A DNA stretch of 64,000 nt, from positions 32,001 through 96,000 of IMG/VR virus record IMGVR_UViG_3300017991_000007. The stretch is one strand, 5' to 3'. Positions 24,833 through 35,017 of the stretch are shown piece after piece (position 1 is the stretch's first letter; every line of letters starts with the position of its first letter). Under the pieces are notes generated by a model. The model was given only the letters and a program-made list of their open reading frames with translations. It had not been told where the DNA came from and did not search any database. The stretch comes from a virus. Made by a program: the position numbers and the translations under genes.

Positions 24833-26146
24833 ATGCCTAACGAGAATGAACAAATTGTAGAGAAAACAATCTCTACCGATATGATGCTTACGGGTGGTCG
24901 CCTGAATCCGGTCCAGCAGGATGCGTTTGTCCAGTTGGTGAAAGACAACTCCGTAATGCTGGCAATGGTCCGCTACGAGCAAATGGCCGTTTCCAGAAAG
25001 CAGATTGACAAGCTCTACATTGGTGAGCCTGTTACCGCCGGTATCGCTGAAAACATCTGCACCAACAACGATTCCCGCACCGTCTTTGATCAGGTCAACC
25101 TGAATGCGGATAAGCTGAAATCCGATTGGTCCATTACCACGGAAACCTTGCAGGAAAACATCGAAGGTGAAAACTTCGAGGATACCGTGATGGATATGAT
25201 GACCAAGCGTATCGCTACCGATATTGAACTGCTTGGAATTCAGGGTGATACCAACATTACGCCGGGTACCCCGCTTACCAACTTGCTTTCCGTTGCGGAC
25301 GGTTGGGATAAGCTGACTGATTCCTCTCATCTGCTTGACGCTGCGGGTGCTACCATTGAGAAAGAAATCTTTGCGGGCGCAATCCGCAAGATGCCGGAAC
25401 AGTACCTCCAAGACCCGGATTTGCGCTGGTTCATGCCCCGCTCGGTTGCTACCGATTGGGCTGAGTACCTTGCATCCCGTGAAACCGTTGGTGGTGACGC
25501 TGCCCTGAGTGGAAATTCCATGCGTCCGTTTGGCTATCCCGTCACAATCGTTCCCAATATGCCTCAGCGTAAGCCGCTTGCGGCGGGTGCTGCTACCCCG
25601 GCTCTTGTTACCGGCGGTGAATTCGCACCTTATGAGGTCATTGCGGGCGTGAATGATGCAGTCACAATCAACGTGGACGGCGGCGGCAATGTTGCAGTCA
25701 CCATTCCGGCGGGCGTTTATACGGTAGTCGAGTTCATCCCGGTCCTGCGGGCTGCGATGATTGCTACCGGCGCAACCGGTATCGCTGCGAGTGCTGCCCT
25801 GAATATGTATGATGATGGAGAGGGCCGGGTTGTATTCCAGACCGTTGCAACCGGAGCCGCATCAAGCATTCAGTTCGTGGCTGTTGCCAACGATATGTAC
25901 GATGAGCTTGGAGTGACCGCTGCAACCACAACCGGAGCCGATTCCGGCGGTGATACCAACGATGGTACAATCATGTGGTTGGCGAATCCCCGCAACTTCA
26001 TTTACGGTATGGTTGATGACACCCGTATCTACACCGAATTCAACAAAGATTGTGACCGTCACGAATTCGTGATCTACAATCAGGTCGCATACAACATTGA
26101 GAATACGGACGCTATCGTTAAGGTGATCAACCTGAAACGTGGTTAA
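24833..26146 (+). CDS. major capsid protein (P2-family HK97 fold) with inserted domain
   Basis: GGRLNP.Q...F, LQENIEG..FEDT.M..M.KR...DIELL.IQGD; follows scaffold; downstream terminator. Confidence 0.9.
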   Translation: MPNENEQIVEKTISTDMMLTGGRLNPVQQDAFVQLVKDNSVMLAMVRYEQMAVSRKQIDKLYIGEPVTAGIAENICTNNDSRTVFDQVNLNADKLKSDWSITTETLQENIEGENFEDTVMDMMTKRIATDIELLGIQGDTNITPGTPLTNLLSVADGWDKLTDSSHLLDAAGATIEKEIFAGAIRKMPEQYLQDPDLRWFMPRSVATDWAEYLASRETVGGDAALSGNSMRPFGYPVTIVPNMPQRKPLAAGAATPALVTGGEFAPYEVIAGVNDAVTINVDGGGNVAVTIPAGVYTVVEFIPVLRAAMIATGATGIAASAALNMYDDGEGRVVFQTVATGAASSIQFVAVANDMYDELGVTAATTTGADSGGDTNDGTIMWLANPRNFIYGMVDDTRIYTEFNKDCDRHEFVIYNQVAYNIENTDAIVKVINLKRG

Positions 26147-26160
26147 TCTCTGATTCCCTG

Positions 26161-26195
26161 AAAGGTGGGGGCTGAAATATGCCCCCGGCCTTTTT
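26161..26195 (+). terminator. intrinsic terminator
   Basis: GGGGGC-TGAAATAT-GCCCCC extended stem plus T run. Confidence 0.7.
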
Positions 26196-26217
26196 AACCA
26201 GTTTTAGGGAGTAAACA

Positions 26218-26715
26218 ATGGCTGAAAAGCACTACTACCGACCCGAAAGCAAGAAACTCAGCATTCACTTGCCGAGTGGAAAATTCTGCCTGTTCTATCA
26301 CAAAAACCCTCAGAGGAATGTGATTACGGATGAGCGGGATATTGCTTACTTGGGTAAAATCGACAATATCCATGAAGTAGTACAACTTCCAGACGGACGT
26401 TGGGTACGCAAGCCGGACGGCGGTGTGAATCCCGCAAGAGGCGTTGTGATCGAATCCCAAGAGCCTGAGAGTGTGCCAAGTGGGGCAGAACACCCCTTAG
26501 CCAAGCAGCTTGAGGATGAGCCGCCTTTGCCTGAGACTGAGGATGATGAGTCCGATAGTGACGATGATGACGGCTATTCCAAAGAGGATTTAGAGGCTTT
26601 TACCAAAGATGAACTACTTGAGCTTGCGGATGAGGATTTTTCCGACCTTGAGCTTAAATCGTCAATGAAAAAAGCCGATATGGTTGACGCAATCTTAAAG
26701 GCACAAGACAAGTAA
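26218..26715 (+). CDS. protein with C-terminal Rho-N/HeH-like domain
   Basis: LEAFTKDELLELA...SSMKKADMVDAIL. Confidence 0.7.
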   Translation: MAEKHYYRPESKKLSIHLPSGKFCLFYHKNPQRNVITDERDIAYLGKIDNIHEVVQLPDGRWVRKPDGGVNPARGVVIESQEPESVPSGAEHPLAKQLEDEPPLPETEDDESDSDDDDGYSKEDLEAFTKDELLELADEDFSDLELKSSMKKADMVDAILKAQDK

Positions 26716-26738
26716 CATTTTGAAAAGGGATAATCAGT

Positions 26739-27839
26739 GTGCTTCCGGTATTCAGATATGCTACCATTCAGCAAATTAAGGATAGGATCAACCCTGAGTT
26801 ATTAGTTGATCCAGGTCCACCCCCGGAAACCATCATTTCTGATTCCCAAATTCTTGAGCGCATACAAGCTGCGTCCATGATGATCAATAAATGGACTAAG
26901 CAGTATTTCCAGCCTGTTCCACAAATCTACCGAGTTAGCGCAAGAGGTGATCGGCTTTTGACCGGACCTCAAATGCTACCTTTTATTGTTCTCAAGCAAA
27001 TCGGAATGATTGATGATAGAACAACCGGGCAGTTTGAGGGTGCTAATCGGGTGATTCCTGATTCTATTGCCCCTGAAAGAGTGTACCAGTGGCGAACAGG
27101 CGGGCGTTGTGCGTGTACCATTCCCCTTTATTATGACCGTGGCTCTATCAGGTGGGGAGAGGTTGCTTGGGAGCTTGGAAGTCGTACTATTGAAATGATT
27201 GTACGTCAACACGGCTTTACCCGTGGGTATCGTAACGTGGAAATGACGGGTTGGTGGGCTTGGTTGGAAAACTACAAGGTAGTTGAAACCGAGCTTACTC
27301 AAGCTATTCCGGGCGGGTCTGGAAATGTAACTCAAATCAGGATCAAAGATGCCGTTGATGCAAATAGCGGTGACTTTATTGAGGTGGGTGACACCCTTGT
27401 TTTGGACGTAAAGCCCGTGTCAGGTTCGTTGATCCCCACTCATATTGAACCTGTAATAGTGCAAGAGATTGCAGAGGGTACCGGGGAGTACCAAGTTAAT
27501 ATTGATCCGCTGCGGACCTATCCTTTTGAGATTCCCGTTGGTGCGCCGGTTTATTGTTATGGACGTACACCGTCTGCCCTTGCGGACGTGACTCAGTTTT
27601 TGGCGGTCAAGCTGATAGAGGGGCTTTCCGCTGAGATAACCGGTGATCCAGTAACCTCAGCATCCTCTCAAGGCATGTTGATTTCGGAAAGGACTGACAA
27701 CTATAACTACACTCTTGCGGACGTAAGCGGTAGCTCTAAATCGAATTTTGGGAGCCTTGGTAAGTACACTGGTTCCCCACGCATGGATTTGGTGCTTAGG
27801 GAGTTTGCACAACCCACGGTAGCAGTGAGTTTGATATAA
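26739..27839 (+). CDS. head-tail adaptor (neck) protein
   Basis: YATIQQIK...AS.MINKWT..YF; SERTDNYNY; synteny. Confidence 0.65.
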   Translation: MLPVFRYATIQQIKDRINPELLVDPGPPPETIISDSQILERIQAASMMINKWTKQYFQPVPQIYRVSARGDRLLTGPQMLPFIVLKQIGMIDDRTTGQFEGANRVIPDSIAPERVYQWRTGGRCACTIPLYYDRGSIRWGEVAWELGSRTIEMIVRQHGFTRGYRNVEMTGWWAWLENYKVVETELTQAIPGGSGNVTQIRIKDAVDANSGDFIEVGDTLVLDVKPVSGSLIPTHIEPVIVQEIAEGTGEYQVNIDPLRTYPFEIPVGAPVYCYGRTPSALADVTQFLAVKLIEGLSAEITGDPVTSASSQGMLISERTDNYNYTLADVSGSSKSNFGSLGKYTGSPRMDLVLREFAQPTVAVSLI

Positions 27840-28249
27840 TGGCTATTCCGCATCGTTATAATCCGGTCAACTGCCAATACAAGAGATTCTTGCCGGGTAG
27901 TACCCGTGTTGATGATGATTGGGGAGAGCCGAAAGTGGGGGCTGAGAAACAATATTCAGACCCTATTGATATTGTCGCTCAAATTGCATGGACAAATAAA
28001 GAGCGACGGGAAAGAGCCGTTACCGGTGATCCCTCCAATTCGGATGGTCACTTGTGCCTAAAGAGGGCTGTAGTATTGTCAAATGGGTGGGTATTCGCTA
28101 AAGGCGATATCATTACAAGTATTGCCGATTTTCCAGTGAATCTCACTATCATAGAAGTGCGTCCGTCCGGTCATTTGAGAGGTAAGGCAAATCTGCTTAT
28201 GCTATACTTTAAGGAAAATGAGGAAACCAACCCGGTTTTAAGGAGATAA
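27839..28249 (+). CDS. head closure (stopper) protein
   Basis: DD.GEP motif, size and synteny. Confidence 0.6.
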   Translation: MAIPHRYNPVNCQYKRFLPGSTRVDDDWGEPKVGAEKQYSDPIDIVAQIAWTNKERRERAVTGDPSNSDGHLCLKRAVVLSNGWVFAKGDIITSIADFPVNLTIIEVRPSGHLRGKANLLMLYFKENEETNPVLRR

Positions 28250-28251
28250 AG

Positions 28252-28605
28252 ATGCCAGCTAATATTATGAAATTTACGCATTCCGTTCCCGCAGGGCAGC
28301 AACTTGATGGTACGCCGGGTAAGGGTGAATTCGTTGAATTGGACGCTCAAGAAACCGGTTGCATCGTTTCTCAGATTGCGGTTGCGGTAGGGACCGGAGC
28401 GGCTACAACCGTGAATATCTATCTCAGACAATACGGCGTAACGCCTGATATTCCTATTGTAAAACAAGCTCTTTTATCCACTGAGGAAGCTTATTTCCTT
28501 TCGGATGTAAAACTTATGATAGGTCCAAAAGACCGAATCGTTATTGAAACCACTGGCTGCATAAACCGAGTCTATGCGACGATTTATGTAAATTCCAAGG
28601 CATAA
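28252..28605 (+). CDS. virion structural protein
   Basis: beta-rich, synteny. Confidence 0.5.
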   Translation: MPANIMKFTHSVPAGQQLDGTPGKGEFVELDAQETGCIVSQIAVAVGTGAATTVNIYLRQYGVTPDIPIVKQALLSTEEAYFLSDVKLMIGPKDRIVIETTGCINRVYATIYVNSKA

Positions 28606-28618
28606 TAGGGGGAAAGCC

Positions 28619-31600
28619 ATGCAACAATCAGGTTCCGGGTTCATTCAGTATCCCCCTATTGAGGTTAATGCCGTTCAAATTCAAGGCATTCCCGTTGCTC
28701 CACCCCCGCCAACAGACGGTGATATCATGGTCTATGATGGTGGGACGGGCATATGGGATTATACTAACTATCAGTCCGGGTTGACCTATCGGGGCGGGTG
28801 GGATGCCAATACCAACACTCCAAACATTATCACCATTGGAAAAAGTGCGAATGACTATTGGATTGTTACCGTTGCAGGGTCCACTGATTTAGGCGGCGGG
28901 CCGGGTACGGATTCTTGGGCAATTGGTGATTGGGCAGTATGGAATGGTACCCAATTCGATAAGGTGGATAACTCTGCAAATGTCACCTCAGTAAATACGC
29001 AAACCGGGGCAGTTGTACTTGATACGGATGATATCTCTGAGGGTGCTACCAATAAGTATTACTCGGATGCTCTTGTAGCTCTTGCCCCTGCGGTAGTTGC
29101 GAATACGGCCAAAGTGTCTGCGGACGGCTCGGTAACTACTCATTCAGACGTGACAAGTGCGGGGTCCGGCCAAATCATTACCACGGGTGAAAGAAACAAG
29201 CTGATAGGTATTGAGGCCGGGGCGCAAGTCAACACTGTAGATTCAGTCAACACGAAAACCGGGGCAGTTGTACTCAATGCTGCGGACGTGGGAGCGGATG
29301 CTGCGGGTACTGCGGCGGCTGCTATTTCGACACACGAAAGTACCTATGACCATACCAAGATTGCTCATACAAACCGGGCGGTCTTGGACGGTATTTCCGG
29401 TGTAGGTAGTGGGTCTATTATCACCGTTGCTGAAAGATCAAAGCTTACTAATATTGAGGCCGGGGCTGAGGTCAATAAGGCTTACCCGGTTATCAGCGTC
29501 AATACTACAACCCCGCCGGGTGGTACTCCGTCTGCGGGAAATCGTTATATTGTAGGTCCGGGTGCTACCGGCGCATGGTTAGGGCATGACAATGAGCTTG
29601 CCATTGCGGATGGTGCGGGTGGTTGGACTTTCAGGATAGAGCCAAATGGTGTGCGGGTTTATAGCACGTCACAAGCCCGTTTCTACTTTTATGATAATGT
29701 TACCGGTACTTGGATTTTAGAGGATTCTATAATCCAGCATAATAGTTTGAACACTTCTACTGGTATTCAGGGCGGCTCTGCTACTGAGAGGTATCACCTT
29801 GCCCTCACTGAATATACTACTTTGAGGGGTGGGAGTGCGGATGCCTCAAGTCTGCATAATCATGCCTCTCTTTATGCCCCAATTGGACACGTTGGAGCGG
29901 GCGGGGCCGCACACGCTCTTGTGACTATAACAGTTGCCGGTTTTATGAGTGCGGCTGATAAAGTCAAACTGAATGGGATCACTGCGGGGGCAGAACCTAA
30001 TGCAGTTGATTCAGTTAATACTCAGACCGGGGCAGTCGTTTTAGATTACACGGATGTTGGAGCGGACCCTGCGGGTGCGGGAGCGGCGGCTGTTGCAACC
30101 CATGAATCAACCTATGACCATACTTTACTCCATGATCCCGTCACTCTCGGAACTGCCAACGGTTTAGGTTTGAGTGGGGTTGGCGGTCAAGTGCTATCGC
30201 TTGCACTCGCAACGCCCTCTACTGCGGGGGCAATGAGCGCAACCGACAAAACGAACCTGAATACTTTGACCGGCGGCGGGGAAACTTCTCTGCATGAACA
30301 CCCCACAAGTGCTATCAACATGCCGGTTATCGGTACGCCAACGTATGACACGCTCAAAGACCTTATTGATACGCTGCAATCTGCGGCTGCAATCTCAGGT
30401 GGGGTCATTTCGGATGCCGGGTCCGGGCAGATCAATGTGACTGCGGGTACCGGAGTTATCAAGACAACGGATTCAGACGTTGGAGAAAACCGATTCTTTG
30501 ATTGGTCCGCTGCAACGGGTGTAGCTCTTACGGACAACTCAATAAATTGGGTGTACGTGGATTACAATGCGGGAAGCCCTCAAATAGCGGTGACTGCCTC
30601 ATTTTCCGGGTTGAATCTACACACTCATGTAGTGCTTGGAAGGGTGTACCGGGAAGGTACCGCCCTGCATTTTGTGAATGTGGGGATGTATTTTGCGGAC
30701 TATATGCGTAAGGACTGCTTGAAATCCTTTGAGGTCAACGGCGTTCAAAGAGCGTCCGGTATTATTGTCTCAGAAACGGGTACCAGAAACATTGCGATTA
30801 CGGCGGGTGTCCTTTGGTGCGGTCCTAATAGGCTGACTTTCCCCGCTTTTGATTCGTCCGGTGCGGATACTTTCGACTACTGGTACCGAAATTCACCGTC
30901 CGGGTGGCTCAAACAAACGGCTCAAAGTCAAATCAGTAACACACAGTATGATGACGGGTCTGGTACGCTTCAAAACCTCACCGTCAATAGGTATGGTGTT
31001 GCGTGGGTTTATGCTGCTTTGGACGGGCATGTTGATGTGCTTTATGGGCAGGGAAACTATGCTACTCTTGCGGCGGCTGAAAACGCTACCCCTCCAAGCT
31101 CGGTACCGGGTATAGTTGAAAACTTTGGGATTCTTGCTGCTAAGATCATTATTCAGCAAGGCGCAAGTGTATTTACCGTTTTGGAAAGTGCCTTTGACAC
31201 TGAGTTTGGTGGTACGCAGATACCGGATCATAATCAATTGGGCGGCTTGCAGGGCGGGTCTGCCACTGAGAGATATCACCTTACCCTTGCACAATTAAAT
31301 GGTCTGAGTGCGCTTGGCGATATTCATACTGCATCCGATGAAACTGAAAGTTCTACAACGGCAACAAGCGCACAAAACAAGCTCACCACACCTTTCACCC
31401 CGGCTTATACTGGCAATTATAAGGTGGAATGGTCGTTTGAGGTTGCTTGTAGCGATAAGGATAAGCCCACTGCCTCTACTGTTACCTTTAATGATGGTGG
31501 GGGTGGGGGTGATGTGGAAGTAGAAAAAGCCGTTTCAAACGTGTCGCAAGATAATCAAAAATATGTAAATGGGGGGTGGTTTCCGATTTCAGGCTTTAAG

Positions 31601-31711
31601 GTGGTTGCTCTAACCGCCTCACAAGCTACGTCCACTAAGGTAAATTGGTGGCAAACCAGTGATAAAACTTCCTATATTCGCCGTGTAAGGGTAGTAATTA
31701 CAAAACTTTAA
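28619..31711 (+). CDS. neck/collar fibre protein with DUF2793-like domain
   Basis: 3x V.SVNT.TGAVVL, 2x THESTYDHT, 2x G.QGGSATERYHL; TPP..P..G.RYIV...ATGAW.G motif. Confidence 0.7.
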   Translation: MQQSGSGFIQYPPIEVNAVQIQGIPVAPPPPTDGDIMVYDGGTGIWDYTNYQSGLTYRGGWDANTNTPNIITIGKSANDYWIVTVAGSTDLGGGPGTDSWAIGDWAVWNGTQFDKVDNSANVTSVNTQTGAVVLDTDDISEGATNKYYSDALVALAPAVVANTAKVSADGSVTTHSDVTSAGSGQIITTGERNKLIGIEAGAQVNTVDSVNTKTGAVVLNAADVGADAAGTAAAAISTHESTYDHTKIAHTNRAVLDGISGVGSGSIITVAERSKLTNIEAGAEVNKAYPVISVNTTTPPGGTPSAGNRYIVGPGATGAWLGHDNELAIADGAGGWTFRIEPNGVRVYSTSQARFYFYDNVTGTWILEDSIIQHNSLNTSTGIQGGSATERYHLALTEYTTLRGGSADASSLHNHASLYAPIGHVGAGGAAHALVTITVAGFMSAADKVKLNGITAGAEPNAVDSVNTQTGAVVLDYTDVGADPAGAGAAAVATHESTYDHTLLHDPVTLGTANGLGLSGVGGQVLSLALATPSTAGAMSATDKTNLNTLTGGGETSLHEHPTSAINMPVIGTPTYDTLKDLIDTLQSAAAISGGVISDAGSGQINVTAGTGVIKTTDSDVGENRFFDWSAATGVALTDNSINWVYVDYNAGSPQIAVTASFSGLNLHTHVVLGRVYREGTALHFVNVGMYFADYMRKDCLKSFEVNGVQRASGIIVSETGTRNIAITAGVLWCGPNRLTFPAFDSSGADTFDYWYRNSPSGWLKQTAQSQISNTQYDDGSGTLQNLTVNRYGVAWVYAALDGHVDVLYGQGNYATLAAAENATPPSSVPGIVENFGILAAKIIIQQGASVFTVLESAFDTEFGGTQIPDHNQLGGLQGGSATERYHLTLAQLNGLSALGDIHTASDETESSTTATSAQNKLTTPFTPAYTGNYKVEWSFEVACSDKDKPTASTVTFNDGGGGGDVEVEKAVSNVSQDNQKYVNGGWFPISGFKVVALTASQATSTKVNWWQTSDKTSYIRRVRVVITKL

Positions 31712-31721
31712 GGGGTAGGGC

Positions 31722-31925
31722 ATGGAATACGATTATGAAAATATAACCGAATCCCCGGATTTGGATGCTATCACTTTGGCAATATCGGTTTCTGCCATGA
31801 CGGACAAGAATTTGGATTATCTCAGGTGGGATGAGAGTATTGCCACTCTGCATGTAGCTTGGCAGGATGAGCTTTCAGCCGGGGATAAGGCAATCTTGGA
31901 TCAAATTGTAGCGGACAACACATAA
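31722..31925 (+). CDS. small structural/fibre-associated protein
   Basis: GGGGTAG RBS, synteny. Confidence 0.55.
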   Translation: MEYDYENITESPDLDAITLAISVSAMTDKNLDYLRWDESIATLHVAWQDELSAGDKAILDQIVADNT

Positions 31926-31934
31926 GGGGTTGAA

Positions 31935-32123
31935 ATGGCTGATAAATACACGCTTGTAAAAACTTGTGATGGTGATCATGCAGACCATACCCCGCCGGGT
32001 GTGTGGGCAGTGAGTGAGCAAACCGTTGATTCTGAGGGTGAGCTTAATATGGACTATGCTTGTCCAGAACATCCCGGCTCTAATTTAGGGCTACCTATCA
32101 TTGTTCAAAAGGAACCTGCGTAA
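31935..32123 (+). CDS. small hypothetical protein
   Basis: GGGGT RBS. Confidence 0.55.
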   Translation: MADKYTLVKTCDGDHADHTPPGVWAVSEQTVDSEGELNMDYACPEHPGSNLGLPIIVQKEPA

Positions 32124-32896
32124 TGGCAGCAATAAATGTGACCCTTATAGCTGGAACAGGTATCCCACCTCTTGATTTTGTTGTGGGAGATACCGTTGGT
32201 CTTGGTTCCGTAAGTGCGGGAGATACCTATGCTTGGGAATTTCTGGATAAGCCGGACGGTAGTGCGGCGGTGATCCTGAATGACGATCAACAAAATGCAA
32301 CTTTCGTAGTCGATATTCCAGGTACTTATTACATTCAATTGGTTCGCAATGCGAATGATGTAGGACGTGCGCTTGCTGCGGCTCCTTTTATTGTACCGGA
32401 CCCAATAGGGACTCTCAGACCCCCCGCATCCGGGGAAATGTTTGAGGGTGATCTACTCAAGGGTTGGTCAAGGGAAGTTCAAAAACTTTTCACCCTGCAA
32501 GCCGGGGCGGTAGGCAGTCCGGCGTTGGTTGCCCGGAAAGAGGTGGATTTAACTGTAGTTGGTCAAACTCCAATCTTTACGCTGCCCTCTGGAAAGATAT
32601 TCGTAGCTTTCAAAGCCCTTTTGCTGGCAAAGCAGTCAGCCGGGGCTTTGGGTGGGGCAACCTTGAGTGTGGGGCAGTCACCCGGTTACATAGACCTTGT
32701 GCCAAGCACCGTCCTTACTGGTTTCGATATTGCCGGGGAAGTCTGGTATTGGGATTTGAATCCGGCGGGCGGTCTTTTGGTTGCAAATACGAGCTATTGG
32801 GGAGCGAGTGCGGCTTTTGATTTGGACGTGACGGTAGCGGACCCCGGCGCAAGTACGTTGCTTTGTGATTTTCTACTTTATGGAGTGCTTTTGTAA
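32123..32896 (+). CDS. virion protein with PKD/Ig-like domain
   Basis: YAWEFLDKPDGSAA...ATFVVDIPGTYYIQL. Confidence 0.65.
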   Translation: MAAINVTLIAGTGIPPLDFVVGDTVGLGSVSAGDTYAWEFLDKPDGSAAVILNDDQQNATFVVDIPGTYYIQLVRNANDVGRALAAAPFIVPDPIGTLRPPASGEMFEGDLLKGWSREVQKLFTLQAGAVGSPALVARKEVDLTVVGQTPIFTLPSGKIFVAFKALLLAKQSAGALGGATLSVGQSPGYIDLVPSTVLTGFDIAGEVWYWDLNPAGGLLVANTSYWGASAAFDLDVTVADPGASTLLCDFLLYGVLL

Positions 32897-33376
32897 ATGC
32901 CCGCAATTGTTGCTAAACCTACTGATACCGGCCAATGGAAAAAGGCCGTCATGGTTACGAGTCCTAGATTTTGGGAACGTACCCTGAAACTCGTTTGGCC
33001 TAGAATGGCTAAGAGAATTGGGGAGCAATATATTGAGAACGTCAAGAAAGAGATTTTGCAGGGACAGGTTGGCGGGCCTCCATTGTCTGCGGCTTGGGTT
33101 GCTCAAAAAGGGAATGACATTCCTTGGCTTGATGAGGGTGACTTACTGAAATCTCTTGCGGTGTGGTATCAGGGAGCGGGTATTTGGGCTGCGGGTGTTA
33201 CACCGGGGGCAACGAATAGGCGGGGCGTTTCGATTGAAATGATAGCAACGTCTTTGGAGAATGGCACTATTTTCATTCCAGCACGTCCGGTATTTGCTCC
33301 GGTAGCTCAAAAAATGGCAAGTCAAGCCTCTATGGTTGGCAGATTGGCAAATAACTTTTTCAAACGGTATATTTAA
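32897..33376 (+). CDS. neck/tail completion protein (HK97 gp10 / virion morphogenesis-like)
   Basis: PLS..W...KG..PW.D.G.L; ENGT..IPARPVFAP. Confidence 0.75.
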   Translation: MPAIVAKPTDTGQWKKAVMVTSPRFWERTLKLVWPRMAKRIGEQYIENVKKEILQGQVGGPPLSAAWVAQKGNDIPWLDEGDLLKSLAVWYQGAGIWAAGVTPGATNRRGVSIEMIATSLENGTIFIPARPVFAPVAQKMASQASMVGRLANNFFKRYI

Positions 33377-34629
33377 TGCCTTATTTTTTCATGCGTACCT
33401 CAGACCCGCTAACTCAGTGGGATGATCTTGAAGCTTGGAGGCTGCAACCGGGCGGTATCGGTATGCGTGTGGATTATGGAGGCACCTCTGAGATTGCCGT
33501 AAACGAGACTGTAGTTACGATGCGGCCTTGGGCGGCTGAGGCTTTTACTGAGTTTTGGGCAATCCAACCAATTGTTGCGAATCTACCTGATATTGAGGAT
33601 TTGTATTCAGCGACTTTGCAGGAAAAGGGTGCAATTGATTGCACTATATCCGTTGATGAGGGTACCACTTGGCTTTATTGGGATGGTGCGGCATGGTCCA
33701 TTGCCGGGGCCGGGGATTGGACTTCATTTGATGATTTGAATTTGAATCTCGCTGCTATCCCATTTCAGGCTTATCGGTTGATGATGAGAGTGCGGCTCCA
33801 AAAAGGAACGCATGAAACTGAGGGGCCGGTACTTAAAGCTATCAGGCTTGGGTATGATCTTTTGCCGGATCACGCTCAAGAGGATTGTCACCGGACCATG
33901 AAACGCTTTTTCTCGGATAACCTCTCAGTCCGCTTTAGGGACTCGTTTGCGTCCGGGGGAACCGCTACCCTTGCCGTGGACAATTACTTAGATATCAAGG
34001 GTGTCTATGCGGCTTTTGACCTTACAAATGATCCTACCCGGCAAACCAATATTTACGCAGGGAGCTTTACCGCTGATACCATTGACTTAACCGTTTCACC
34101 CGCAGCCGGGAACACTATTGAGGTGGAATGGGATGGTGCTGTAGATACGATTCTCTTTAAGCGTGATCCTGATTTTTGGGATGAGTTAGACAAGCACGTT
34201 CCTTTATTAATAGTGCAAATTACAACCGCTACTGAGTCGGATGAGGCAAGTGTGAGTAGGGCAAAAGGCCCGATAGCTATTAATTTCCCTGAGAGAAAGT
34301 ATTGGAGGGAAAGACCGCCTTATCCGGTTGACTATCGGCTTATGATGCGGGCTATTGCGGATTCTGAAAGTCTTGCAACCCGTATTTGCTCGGCGGCGTA
34401 TGAGTTGTTAAGGAGAAAATCAGAGGATTCATTCTTGCCTCTGGCTTTATCCGGCACTTTTTTGGAGATATTGAATTTTACGCCACCTTTTCAAGATTTG
34501 AGTGAGGTGAAAGAGGGCTTGTCAGTGAAATCCTTTTCCGCTATACTGTGCGTAAGAGAATGGTGCGCCGGAATAGAAACGGGTGTACTGGCAGAAGAAT
34601 ACACTATTCTTTATGAGGACATAGAATGA
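33376..34629 (+). CDS. tail terminator-like protein with N-terminal extension
   Basis: PYPVDY motif; synteny before sheath. Confidence 0.5.
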   Translation: MPYFFMRTSDPLTQWDDLEAWRLQPGGIGMRVDYGGTSEIAVNETVVTMRPWAAEAFTEFWAIQPIVANLPDIEDLYSATLQEKGAIDCTISVDEGTTWLYWDGAAWSIAGAGDWTSFDDLNLNLAAIPFQAYRLMMRVRLQKGTHETEGPVLKAIRLGYDLLPDHAQEDCHRTMKRFFSDNLSVRFRDSFASGGTATLAVDNYLDIKGVYAAFDLTNDPTRQTNIYAGSFTADTIDLTVSPAAGNTIEVEWDGAVDTILFKRDPDFWDELDKHVPLLIVQITTATESDEASVSRAKGPIAINFPERKYWRERPPYPVDYRLMMRAIADSESLATRICSAAYELLRRKSEDSFLPLALSGTFLEILNFTPPFQDLSEVKEGLSVKSFSAILCVREWCAGIETGVLAEEYTILYEDIE

Positions 34630-35006
34630 ATTACAAACTTAAAAACGGCGGTCTGTACGGTAAGCAAGAGATTTCCGTCAATGTTTTGGATGGCGGTTTG
34701 AAAGTAGTCCGTACCATCAATCTTGCTCCGTATGGTTCTGAGTTGATTTCTGAGTCTGAGGCAGAATCCCACGAAATTGCCAAGCTTGTTAGGGCAGGAC
34801 GGCTGCAACTGAAAAAGGATGTACCCGTTAAAGGTCTTTCCGGCTCTATCGGCAAGTTCAAAGCCTCTAAGAAAAAGGCGGCTCCGAAAGAATCGGCTGC
34901 GGTCAAGGCTCCGAAAAAGACGGTCACTAAGAAAATCGTGAAACCCGCAAAAGAGGCGAAACAAGGCGAAACCAAGCAGCCTGATTCCCCTAAAGATAAA
35001 GAGTAA
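34626..35006 (+). CDS. hypothetical protein with Lys-rich tail
   Basis: ATGA overlap. Confidence 0.6.
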   Translation: MNYKLKNGGLYGKQEISVNVLDGGLKVVRTINLAPYGSELISESEAESHEIAKLVRAGRLQLKKDVPVKGLSGSIGKFKASKKKAAPKESAAVKAPKKTVTKKIVKPAKEAKQGETKQPDSPKDKE

Positions 35007-35017
35007 GGAGATAAGGA

